NCBI GenBank assembly: GCA_027485815.1 | Contig: JAIXQE010000172.1 | Coordinates: 2,905 to 66,904, forward strand | Direction of reading: 5' to 3' | From: Opitutaceae bacterium | Lineage (GTDB): Bacteria > Verrucomicrobiota > Verrucomicrobiia > Opitutales > Opitutaceae | DNA length: 64,000 nt | Part shown: piece by piece, positions 31,077-38,368 of the stretch | How positions within the stretch are numbered: the stretch's first letter is position 1 | Layout: every line of letters starts with the position of its first letter | Program-made: the position numbers and the translations under genes | Notes under the pieces: generated by a model | What the model was told of the DNA's origin: nothing | The model's database searches: none | Seen by the model: only the letters and a program-made list of their open reading frames with translations

Positions 31077-31458
31077 GGGGGGCGAACCGCACGCGTTCAG
31101 CCGGCTGGCTGAGCAATTGGTGGCCGATTTGCGGGGCGTGCCGTCGGAGGCGCCCACGCGGTCGCGGCCGCGGGCGACCCAGCCGCTGGCGGGCCTGATC
31201 GAGGTCCTGCGGCAGGAGTACCGGCTGGGGCGCGACGCGCCTGAATACACCTTGCGCGAGCGTTGGCGGGAGATCGTGGGGGCGGCGGCGGCGGCCTATT
31301 CGCATCCGGTCACCCTCGAGCGGAATCTATTGCTCGTGCTGGTGTCGCACGCCGTCGTGCGCAACGAGCTGTTCCATCACCGGGAGATGATCGTCGGGCG
31401 CATTCGCGAGGTGCCGGGCTGCGAGGGCGTGAAGGGGATCAACCTGCGGATGGGGTGA
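31069..31458 (+). CDS. DUF721 (DciA-like) protein
   Basis: LRERWREIVGAAAAAYSHPVTLERNLLLVLVSHAVVRNELFHHREMIVGRIREV fits the DUF721 pattern. The ATG overlaps the GT2 stop by 8 nt. Confidence 0.7.
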   Translation: MPKGGEPHAFSRLAEQLVADLRGVPSEAPTRSRPRATQPLAGLIEVLRQEYRLGRDAPEYTLRERWREIVGAAAAAYSHPVTLERNLLLVLVSHAVVRNELFHHREMIVGRIREVPGCEGVKGINLRMG

Positions 31459-31513
31459 GACGGAGGGGGCCGCGGCGTGACCGCTTCAGGCGGAGGCGGG
31501 AAGGGTTGGTGCT

Positions 31514-31531
31514 CCGCGGCTGCAGCCGCGG
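31514..31531. repeat. palindrome CCGCGGCTGCAGCCGCGG, copy 2 of 3
   Basis: Read directly. The full shared 23-mer TCCGCGGCTGCAGCCGCGGCCAC spans 31513..31535, in a convergent intergenic spacer. Confidence 0.8.
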
Positions 31532-31558
31532 CCACCCCGGGCCCTGCCGCCCCGGCGC

Positions 31559-31610
31559 CCTCCTCCTCGTATGGAGGAGGATTGGAGGATCATTGGAGGA
31601 TCACTGGAGG
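31559..31610. repeat. hairpin CCTCCTCC/GGAGGAGG followed by an 11-bp tandem repeat ATTGGAGGATC x2.7
   Basis: The stem is 31559..31566 / 31573..31580 with the loop tcgtat. The repeat ATTGGAGGATC ATTGGAGGATC ACTGGAGG then spans 31581..31610. Confidence 0.8.
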
Positions 31611-31631
31611 CAGACTGCGCGACGAGGCGGG

Positions 31632-32810
31632 TCAGGGCGCGGCGAGCGCGCGAAGGCCGCGGGAGAGGCGGGCAACCGCTTCGGCGGCGCGGTCCGGGGG
31701 CAACGCGCCATAGGCGACGCGCAGCCGGCAGCCTTCCGGGCAGCCGAAGGCGCTGCCGGGGACGACCGCCACCCCGTGTTCCCGGATCAGGCGCTCCGCA
31801 ACCGTGAGGGGATCGAGCGCCGTGCGGAGGTCGGGGAGGAAGTAGAACGCGCCGGCGGCGGGCGGCAGGGTGCAGAGGCCGTCGGCGGCGAGGGCCGCGA
31901 GGCTTTGCGAGAGGCGGGCGCGGTTCTCGCGCAGTGGGCCCAGTTGCCCGGCGATCCACTCCGGCCCCGCGGCGAGGGCGCCGAGCGCGGCGTGTTGCGA
32001 GATCACCGGGGGACAGATGAGGAGCGTGTCCTGGATCTTGCGGAGGGCCGGCTCCAGCGCGGCCGGGCAGACCAGCCAGCCGATGCGCCAGCCGGCGAAG
32101 CCGAAGGCCTTGGAGAGCGAATGCAGCGAGACCGTATGGGCAGCGGTCCCGGGGTCAGCGGCCGGGGCGTGATGGGGCGGCCCCTCATGGACGAACTCCG
32201 CGTAGGCCTCGTCGCTGAAGTGATACAATCCCCGCGCGGCGCAGAGCGCGTTCACCGCCCGCAGCGTGGCGGCGGGGTAGACGGCACCGGTGGGGTTGTT
32301 GGGTGAGACCGTGACGATCACGCGGGTGCGGGAAGTCACGGCCGCGGCGAGCCGATCCGGATCCGGCTGGCTGGCGGCGTCGGTGGGCACGGGGACCGCG
32401 CGACAGCCGGCCATCGTCACCGCCATCTCGTGGTTGAAGTAGTAGGGCGTGGGGAGGATCACCTCGTCGCCGGGTTCGGTCGCGGCGAGGAGCGCGGCGA
32501 AAAAGGCGTTGTTGCCCCCGGCCGTCACCAACAGGCGATTGCCGTGGGCGGGCCCGACCGGAACCCCGTGGCGGCGGGCCATCCAGTCGCCGAGCGCGGC
32601 GGTGAGTTCGGGGAGGCCCGCGACGGGCTGGTAACGATGCAGGGCGGGATCGGCGGCGGTGCGGGCGAGGCGTTCCGCCACCGTGGGAGGCGGCGCGTAG
32701 CCGACGATCCCCTGCCCGAGCGACAGCGCGTCCGGGTGGGCGCGCAGCAGGTCCGCGAGCACCGGGATGATGGGGCTTTGGACGACCTCGAGGCGCTGGG
32801 ATCCGCGCAT
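31632..32810 (-). CDS. class I/II pyridoxal-phosphate-dependent aminotransferase
   Basis: ATG 32810 gives MRGSQRLEVVQSPIIPVLADLL. Also LLVTAGGNNAF, PTPYYFNHEM, VSPNNPTGAVY and the PLP lysine in LHSLSKAFGFAGWRIGW. Confidence 0.85.
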   Translation of the reverse strand: MRGSQRLEVVQSPIIPVLADLLRAHPDALSLGQGIVGYAPPPTVAERLARTAADPALHRYQPVAGLPELTAALGDWMARRHGVPVGPAHGNRLLVTAGGNNAFFAALLAATEPGDEVILPTPYYFNHEMAVTMAGCRAVPVPTDAASQPDPDRLAAAVTSRTRVIVTVSPNNPTGAVYPAATLRAVNALCAARGLYHFSDEAYAEFVHEGPPHHAPAADPGTAAHTVSLHSLSKAFGFAGWRIGWLVCPAALEPALRKIQDTLLICPPVISQHAALGALAAGPEWIAGQLGPLRENRARLSQSLAALAADGLCTLPPAAGAFYFLPDLRTALDPLTVAERLIREHGVAVVPGSAFGCPEGCRLRVAYGALPPDRAAEAVARLSRGLRALAAP

Positions 32811-32871
32811 TACCGGAGCAAGGCGCAGGCGGGGGCGGCGCGCGAGCGGGAACGTGGCGCGGGCGGCCGGA

Positions 32872-33015
32872 TCAGACGGAATCCAATTGATGCACCAGCC
32901 CGCGGATTTCCCGCACGAGGCGGCGGACGCGGGCGAGACGCGCCGCGCGCGCCGCGGGGCGGGGCGACAGGACGGCGGGCGGGGTAGAAGCGGAACGCGG
33001 TTTGCGTTTGGACAT
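32872..33015 (-). CDS. small Arg-rich ORF S1 (47 aa), hypothetical; not in the ORF track
   Basis: Hand translation gives MSKRKPRSASTPPAVLSPRPAARAARLARVRRLVREIRGLVHQLDSV*. It shares LVREIRxL with S2, with wobble-only codon differences. Confidence 0.3.
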   Translation of the reverse strand: MSKRKPRSASTPPAVLSPRPAARAARLARVRRLVREIRGLVHQLDSV

Positions 33016-33273
33016 GTGGGGCGAGGAGCTGCGGCGGACGGATGGCGACGCGAGGTTAATTCAACAAGACGCCGCACCCCTCGAGCAGACGCTGGGACTA
33101 TCACCCCGAATTTGGGGTTAGCCCGCACTTGAAGCTGAATTGCCGGTGGTGGGCGACTTCCAGCAACAATACGCAACAGTCTGCATACCAAGGTCTAAAA
33201 AATGTTCCCGCGCCATCCGGAGGCTCGCTTTCAGTCCCGATTGCAGTCTCTGCTCGACGGGGTTACTTCCTTT

Positions 33274-33519
33274 ATGCCACGCGAAAATACGACCCAGGGA
33301 ATCTCATTCACCCCGACGCTCCTGACGCAGGCCAAGACGAGGGCGAAGGAAAAAGGCCTCTCCGTTTCAGCCTACGTCCAGCAGTTGATCCTGTCCGATT
33401 TGGCCGACGACGAAACGCGGCTCGATGCCGCCACGCTCGCCCGGATCAAGGCACTGCTCACGGAGTTGCTGGAGCTGCGCCAAGCCAACGGCCGGGGTTC
33501 GGAGAAGCGCGGCGGTTAA
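33274..33519 (+). CDS. ribbon-helix-helix (CopG/Arc-like) DNA-binding protein, paralogue 1
   Basis: MPRENTTQGISFTPTLLTQAKTRAKEKGLSVSAYVQQLILSDL fits a strand-helix-helix pattern. It aligns end to end with 33835..34077. ATG 33274 is internal to track ORF 33202. Confidence 0.65.
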   Translation: MPRENTTQGISFTPTLLTQAKTRAKEKGLSVSAYVQQLILSDLADDETRLDAATLARIKALLTELLELRQANGRGSEKRGG

Positions 33520-33680
33520 CGGCGGCGCGTCCGCGGGCGCTTCGACTCCTGCGGCGCCATCGCGCGCAGCAGGGCCCGGATTTCGCGCACCAAAGCAGCC
33601 AGCTCGGCCTGCTCCTGACCCTTGCGGGGGCGCGAGGAGGTGCTTTGACGAGGGCGCGGGGAGCGTTTCGAGGAAGGCAT
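33516..33680 (-). CDS. small Arg-rich ORF S2 (54 aa), hypothetical; not in the ORF track
   Basis: Hand translation gives MPSSKRSPRPRQSTSSRPRKGQEQAELAALVREIRALLRAMAPQESKRPRTRRR*. Its stop shares the TTAA at 33516..33519 with the RHH1 stop. Confidence 0.3.
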   Translation of the reverse strand: MPSSKRSPRPRQSTSSRPRKGQEQAELAALVREIRALLRAMAPQESKRPRTRRR

Positions 33681-33724
33681 CAGAGAAGGTGAACGGCGGG
33701 CCGGAAGGAAAACTGGACGGCAGC

Positions 33725-33753
33725 CGTAAGCAATTCGCGAACGGTTGCTTACG
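33725..33753. promoter_or_regulatory. operator-like inverted repeat CGTAAGCAA-N11-TTGCTTACG in the S2/RHH2 divergent spacer
   Basis: The 9-bp arms are perfect (33725..33733 and 33745..33753). The spacer contains the palindrome TTCGCGAA. It lies 82-110 nt upstream of the RHH2 ATG. Confidence 0.35.
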
Positions 33754-33834
33754 CAAGTAAAACGTGGAGCCCTAATGTATTTTCCCCACTCGGGAAGGAT
33801 TGCTTCCGTGCCCCAAATCGGGCGTATTCAAACC

Positions 33835-34077
33835 ATGGCCCGCGAAAATACGACCCAGGGAATCTCGTTCACGCCAGAATTGCTGGATCGGGCCAAATCC
33901 CGCGCGAAGGAGCGGGGACTTTCGATGTCCGGCTATGTCCAGCAGCTGATCCGCGCGGATCTGCAAGGCGCGAACGAGCCGCTGAGCAGCTCGGCCCTGC
34001 GGCAGATTAAGTCGCACTTGGCGGAACTGGTGGAGCTCCGGAAGGCCGTCGGGCGGGGCAACGGCGGCAAGGGCTAA
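33835..34077 (+). CDS. ribbon-helix-helix (CopG/Arc-like) DNA-binding protein, paralogue 2
   Basis: MARENTTQGISFTPELLDRAKSRAKERGLSMSGYVQQLIRADL...LRQIKSHLAELVELRKAVGRG. It is a paralogue of 33274..33519. ATG 33835 is internal to track ORF 33745. Confidence 0.65.
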   Translation: MARENTTQGISFTPELLDRAKSRAKERGLSMSGYVQQLIRADLQGANEPLSSSALRQIKSHLAELVELRKAVGRGNGGKG

Positions 34078-34098
34078 AACGAGCCGCTACCGCAACGG

Positions 34099-36843
34099 TC
34101 AGAAACGGACGGTGGCGGTCAGGTCGTAGCGCGCCGGCATCACATATGTGTACCGGTACACCGCCGCTCCGCTGGCGAGCGTGGTGAAACCCGTCTTGCG
34201 GCTGTCCCCGCTATTCTCGAGGTCGGTCAGATTGCGCACGCCGAGGCGCACGCGGAGTTGCTGGCCCCAGACGCGCTGGTCGCGCATCACGTAGGCATTC
34301 ACGCCGTGGTTGGTGCCGCCGATGAGTTCCCGGCCATTGCTAATCCCAAAGAGGTAGGAATCGCGCCAGGTGCCGTTGACGCCAAGGCGGACGCCGCGGA
34401 GCCACGGGGTGGACTCGCGGGAGAAGGCGTAATCGAGGATCCAGCTGGCGGACCAGGGCGCGGCGCGGGCGCCGGCGGGCTTGGTCGCGAAGTCGCTGGA
34501 ATCGAGCACCTCCTTGGCGTCGGCGATCAGGCTCGGCGCCTCGTCCCCGCGCTTCACCGCGGCCTCGTAATACGCCCGGAAGGCCGAGAAGTCGGGCCGG
34601 GTGATCACGTCGGTCTTGGCGAGGGTGAAGCGCGCCTGGAGCCCCTTCGTCGGGCGGACAAGGACGGTGAGGTCGAAGCCCTTGGAGGTCTCGGTTGAGA
34701 GGATGCTGCGGTACTGGTTCACGTCGTTCCACGACCGGACATAGCGGGGGTCGTTCGCGGTGATGGTATTCGGGTTCATCAGGTTCTCGACGTCCCCGGC
34801 GCCGAAGCTGGAGGGGGTCCAGCGGAACTCGACGTTCTGGCGGTCGATGTGGAAGACCCCGAGCGTGAAGGAGACGCGGTTTTCCCAGACCGCGCCCTTG
34901 AGGCCGAGCTCCTTGGTCACGCCGGAAATGGGCCCGAACACCTGGCGATCGAACGTGCGGGCATCCTGCCAGCGGAATGAATCGGAATAGACGGCATAGA
35001 CGTTCACGTCCGGGTTGAGCACGTAGGTGAGCCCGGCGGTGTAGCTCGTGTTGAAGAGGTGGAGGTTCTCGTTCTCGACGTACTCCCCGGGTAGGGCGTC
35101 CTCGCGGCTCGGCGGGGCAATGTCCTCGTTGTAGGGGCCGAAGCGGCGGGTGCCGCGATATTCGTAGGTCCGGTTCCAGTCCCAGCGGACGCCGAAGAGG
35201 GACTGGAGGCGGCCCTTGAAATAGGAGCCGTTGGCGGAGGCGGCGGCGGCGTAGGCCTGGCGCCACTCGGTACCGTCGGCGGCGTTGCCGAAGGAGAGCT
35301 GGCGGGCCTGGAAGTCGGCGTTGGCGGGCAGGCGCTCGAGCGTGAAGCGATCGAAGAGCGCGCGGGAATAGAAGGCGGGGTCGTCGAGGTAGAGGCGGAA
35401 GCGGACGCGGTCGTTGGTCTGGTTGACGGCGGTGACCTGGCCGTTCTCGAAGCGCTTCACGTTGTAGAGGGCCTTGCGGTAATTGTTGGTGAAGTCCTCG
35501 CGGTATTCCGCCGAGCCGATGAGCGTCTGGCGCATCCACGAGAAGGGCTGGAGCGGGAGGACGGCGGTGCCGCGGAAGGCGTCCACGTCGTTGCCGAAGC
35601 GCTTCCAGTCGATGCCGGCGGTGTCGATGTAGGGGCGGCCGTTGACGTCGAGGCTGACCGTGCTGCTGAAGAAGTTGTCGTTGCGGAGGCCGTCCTGGTT
35701 CTGGTGGTTGTAGGCGAGCTCGAGCCCGAGGCGGCCGATCCGCTGCTCGATCGTGACCGAGTAGGTGCCGAACGGGCGGGCCTGGCGATCGAAGGAGCCG
35801 CGGAGGTTGTAGTGCTTGGGGAAGCCGGCGACGCGGCGGGTGCCGGTGATCGCGCCGGCGGCGTTGCGCATCGCGACGTCGACGAACTGGCCCTCGAGGA
35901 GCGAGAGGGAGCCGCCGGCGGCGCCGTTGGTGGAGCTACGGTCGGCGGCGGGGAGGGACGACTGATTGAACCAGACGCCGTCGGAGGTGTACCACGGGCC
36001 GGCGCTGGTGAAGCCAAGGGAGCGGGCGGATTGTTCGCGAACGGTGATGCCGGAGAAGCCGCGGGCATTGTCGAAGTCGCCGCGTTCGGCCTCGACGCGG
36101 ATCAGCGTGTTCAGGAAGGGCTGGTAGGTGAGCGTGATCGTCTCGCCCTCGAGGCGGTAGGCGGAGGCGTCCTGGAAGGTCTTCTCCTGGCGGCGGACGG
36201 CATTGAAGCGGAGCGCGAGGTTATCGCGGAGGCGGCGGTTCAGGTCGAGCTGGTAGCGGTAGGCGCCCTCGCTGCCCTGCTGGAGCAGGAGCGTGCCGAA
36301 GTTCTTCCCGAGCAGCGCGCGCTTGGTGAAGACGGACCCCTGGCCGCCGGGCTCGACGTCGCCGAAGATGAGCGAGTTGGAGCCCTTGCCGAAGTCGATC
36401 CGCTCAACGTTGTAAGTGTCGCTCGGGACGTACCAGCGGAAGTAGTTGCGCGAAACGTTGAAGCGCTGGGAGAGGCCGCGGAAGGAGAAGTTATCGGTCT
36501 GGTTGTCGTTCTCCATCGTGGGCGCCGCGTAGACGTTCGCCACGAAGAGGGCGACCTCATCGGCGGTGTTGAGGCCGAGATCCTCGATGAAATCGGCGGT
36601 GATCGCGTCGATGTTCACCGGGACGTCCTTGAGGGCCTGCTTGGTGCGCGTGGCCGAGAGGGTCTCGTTGGCCGACCAGCCGGTCTCGCGCTCGGTGGAG
36701 AGGACGAAGGGCGAGAGCTGGATGACCTCCTCGCCGGCCGCGGGAGCCGGGGCCAGGGCGGCGGGGGCCGCGGCGAAAGCGGCGGGCAGGAAAGTGAGGA
36801 GGGCCGGCGGCAGCAGCCGGGCGAGGGACGGGCAGGGGCGCAT
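34099..36843 (-). CDS. TonB-dependent receptor
   Basis: ATG 36843 gives the signal peptide MRPCPSLARLLPPALLTFLPAAFAAAPAALA. A plug-like region is present (VPVNIDAITADFIEDLG, RGLSQRFNVSRNYF, VERIDFGKGSNSLIFG). The C-terminus is ...YDLTATVRF. Confidence 0.85.
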   Translation of the reverse strand: MRPCPSLARLLPPALLTFLPAAFAAAPAALAPAPAAGEEVIQLSPFVLSTERETGWSANETLSATRTKQALKDVPVNIDAITADFIEDLGLNTADEVALFVANVYAAPTMENDNQTDNFSFRGLSQRFNVSRNYFRWYVPSDTYNVERIDFGKGSNSLIFGDVEPGGQGSVFTKRALLGKNFGTLLLQQGSEGAYRYQLDLNRRLRDNLALRFNAVRRQEKTFQDASAYRLEGETITLTYQPFLNTLIRVEAERGDFDNARGFSGITVREQSARSLGFTSAGPWYTSDGVWFNQSSLPAADRSSTNGAAGGSLSLLEGQFVDVAMRNAAGAITGTRRVAGFPKHYNLRGSFDRQARPFGTYSVTIEQRIGRLGLELAYNHQNQDGLRNDNFFSSTVSLDVNGRPYIDTAGIDWKRFGNDVDAFRGTAVLPLQPFSWMRQTLIGSAEYREDFTNNYRKALYNVKRFENGQVTAVNQTNDRVRFRLYLDDPAFYSRALFDRFTLERLPANADFQARQLSFGNAADGTEWRQAYAAAASANGSYFKGRLQSLFGVRWDWNRTYEYRGTRRFGPYNEDIAPPSREDALPGEYVENENLHLFNTSYTAGLTYVLNPDVNVYAVYSDSFRWQDARTFDRQVFGPISGVTKELGLKGAVWENRVSFTLGVFHIDRQNVEFRWTPSSFGAGDVENLMNPNTITANDPRYVRSWNDVNQYRSILSTETSKGFDLTVLVRPTKGLQARFTLAKTDVITRPDFSAFRAYYEAAVKRGDEAPSLIADAKEVLDSSDFATKPAGARAAPWSASWILDYAFSRESTPWLRGVRLGVNGTWRDSYLFGISNGRELIGGTNHGVNAYVMRDQRVWGQQLRVRLGVRNLTDLENSGDSRKTGFTTLASGAAVYRYTYVMPARYDLTATVRF

Positions 36844-36910
36844 GAAGGCCCCCACCGGTCCCCGAAAGCACGGCAACGTCAAGCCCGGCGAACGGACGGC
36901 CGGAGCCAGC

Positions 36911-38353
36911 TCAGCGCCAGGCGGCGAAGCGGGGGGCGAGTTCGAGGCCGAAGTAGCCGCGGGCGTTGCCGAAGCAGATGTTGCGCACCATCGCGCCGAC
37001 GGCCGCGTAGTCCCCGGGGATCAGCCCGGCGGCCATGTCGGCGCCGAGCAGGTTGCAGAGGGTGCGGCGGAAGTACTCGTGGCGCGGGTAGCTGACGAAG
37101 CTGCGCGAGTCGGTGATCATCCCGACGAAGCGCGAGAGCAGGCCGAGGTTGGAGAGGGCGTTGAGCTGCCACTCCATCCCCTCCTTCTGGTCGAGGAACC
37201 ACCAGCCGCTGCCGAACTGGACCTTGCCGGGGACGGAGCCGTCCTGGAAGTTGCCGATCATCGTCCCGAGGACGTAATTGTCGCGCGGGTTGTTGTTGTA
37301 GAGGATCGTCCGCGGCAGCTGGTCGGTGGCGTCGAGGGCGTTGAGGTAGCGGGAGAGGCTGGCGGCCTGCGGGAAGTCGCCGATCGAGTCGAAGCCGGTG
37401 TCCGCGCCGAGGGTCGAAAGGAGGCGGGCGTTGTTGTTGCGGAGGGCACCGAGGTGGAGCTGCTTGACCCAGCCGCGGGCGTGGTCCCAGCGACCGAACT
37501 CGAGCATGAGGTACGAGCCGTAGCGCGCGGCCTCCTCGGGGGTGGCCGCGCGGCCGCGGCGGGCGGCGTCGAAGACCATCCGGGCCTGCGCGTGGGTGCA
37601 CGGCTCGGCCAGGGCGCTCTCCAGGCCGTGGTCGGAGACGCGGGCCCCGGCGGCGTGAAAGTCGTCGTGACGGCGCTTGAGGGCCGTGAGGAGGTCATCG
37701 AAGGACTTGATCCCGCCCTTGGCCTCGGCGGCGCCGGCGAGGCGCTCCAGCCACGGGTTGAAGGCGGCGGGCTGGCCCACGGAAAGGGCCTTGTCGGGCC
37801 GGAAGGCGGGGTAGACGCGCGCCTCCAGCTTGCCCGGCGCGCGGCGGATCGCCGCGTGGTGCTCGAGGGTGTCGGCGGGGTCATCGGTGGTGCAGACCAC
37901 GGCGACGCCGGACTGGTTGATGAGGTCGTGGACGCGGGTGCGGGCGAGCCGGGCGTTAGCCTTGCGCCAGACGCGCTCCGCGGAACGGCCGTCGAGGAGC
38001 TCGTTAATGCCGAAGTAGCGCTTGAGCTCGAGGGCGGACCAGTGGTGGAGCGGATTACGGAGCGTGTGGGGGACGGTCTCGGCCCAGGCCTGGAACTTCT
38101 CGCGCGGGGAGGCGTTGCCGGTGACGCAGCGCTCGGGGACGCCGTTGGTGCGCATCGCCCGCCACTTGTAATGGTCGCCGCCGAGCCAGAGCTCGGTGAG
38201 GTCGGCGAACTGGTGGTTGCGGGCGATCAGGTCCGGCGGGAGGTGGCAGTGGTAATCGTAGATCGGGGCGTCCGCGGCGAACCGGTGGTAGAGCTCGCGC
38301 GCCTGGCGGGAGCCGAGGAGGAAGTCGTCGTGGATGAAGGGCCGGGAGGGCAT
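36911..38353 (-). CDS. uxaC: glucuronate isomerase
   Basis: FIHDDFLLGSRQARELYHRFAADAPIYDYHCHLPPDLIA, LWLGGDHYKWRAMRTNGV and the full-length UxaC pattern. Confidence 0.95.
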   Translation of the reverse strand: MPSRPFIHDDFLLGSRQARELYHRFAADAPIYDYHCHLPPDLIARNHQFADLTELWLGGDHYKWRAMRTNGVPERCVTGNASPREKFQAWAETVPHTLRNPLHHWSALELKRYFGINELLDGRSAERVWRKANARLARTRVHDLINQSGVAVVCTTDDPADTLEHHAAIRRAPGKLEARVYPAFRPDKALSVGQPAAFNPWLERLAGAAEAKGGIKSFDDLLTALKRRHDDFHAAGARVSDHGLESALAEPCTHAQARMVFDAARRGRAATPEEAARYGSYLMLEFGRWDHARGWVKQLHLGALRNNNARLLSTLGADTGFDSIGDFPQAASLSRYLNALDATDQLPRTILYNNNPRDNYVLGTMIGNFQDGSVPGKVQFGSGWWFLDQKEGMEWQLNALSNLGLLSRFVGMITDSRSFVSYPRHEYFRRTLCNLLGADMAAGLIPGDYAAVGAMVRNICFGNARGYFGLELAPRFAAWR

Positions 38354-38368
38354 GCGGGAAAAAAGGGT

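Noticed and set aside
33274-34077. The RHH genes as antitoxins of a type II toxin-antitoxin pair.
   Set aside because: There is no co-directional downstream ORF with toxin-like features (RelE/ParE, PIN, MazF, HicA). The only partners are opposite-strand basic mini-ORFs. I kept it as an unexplained cassette instead.
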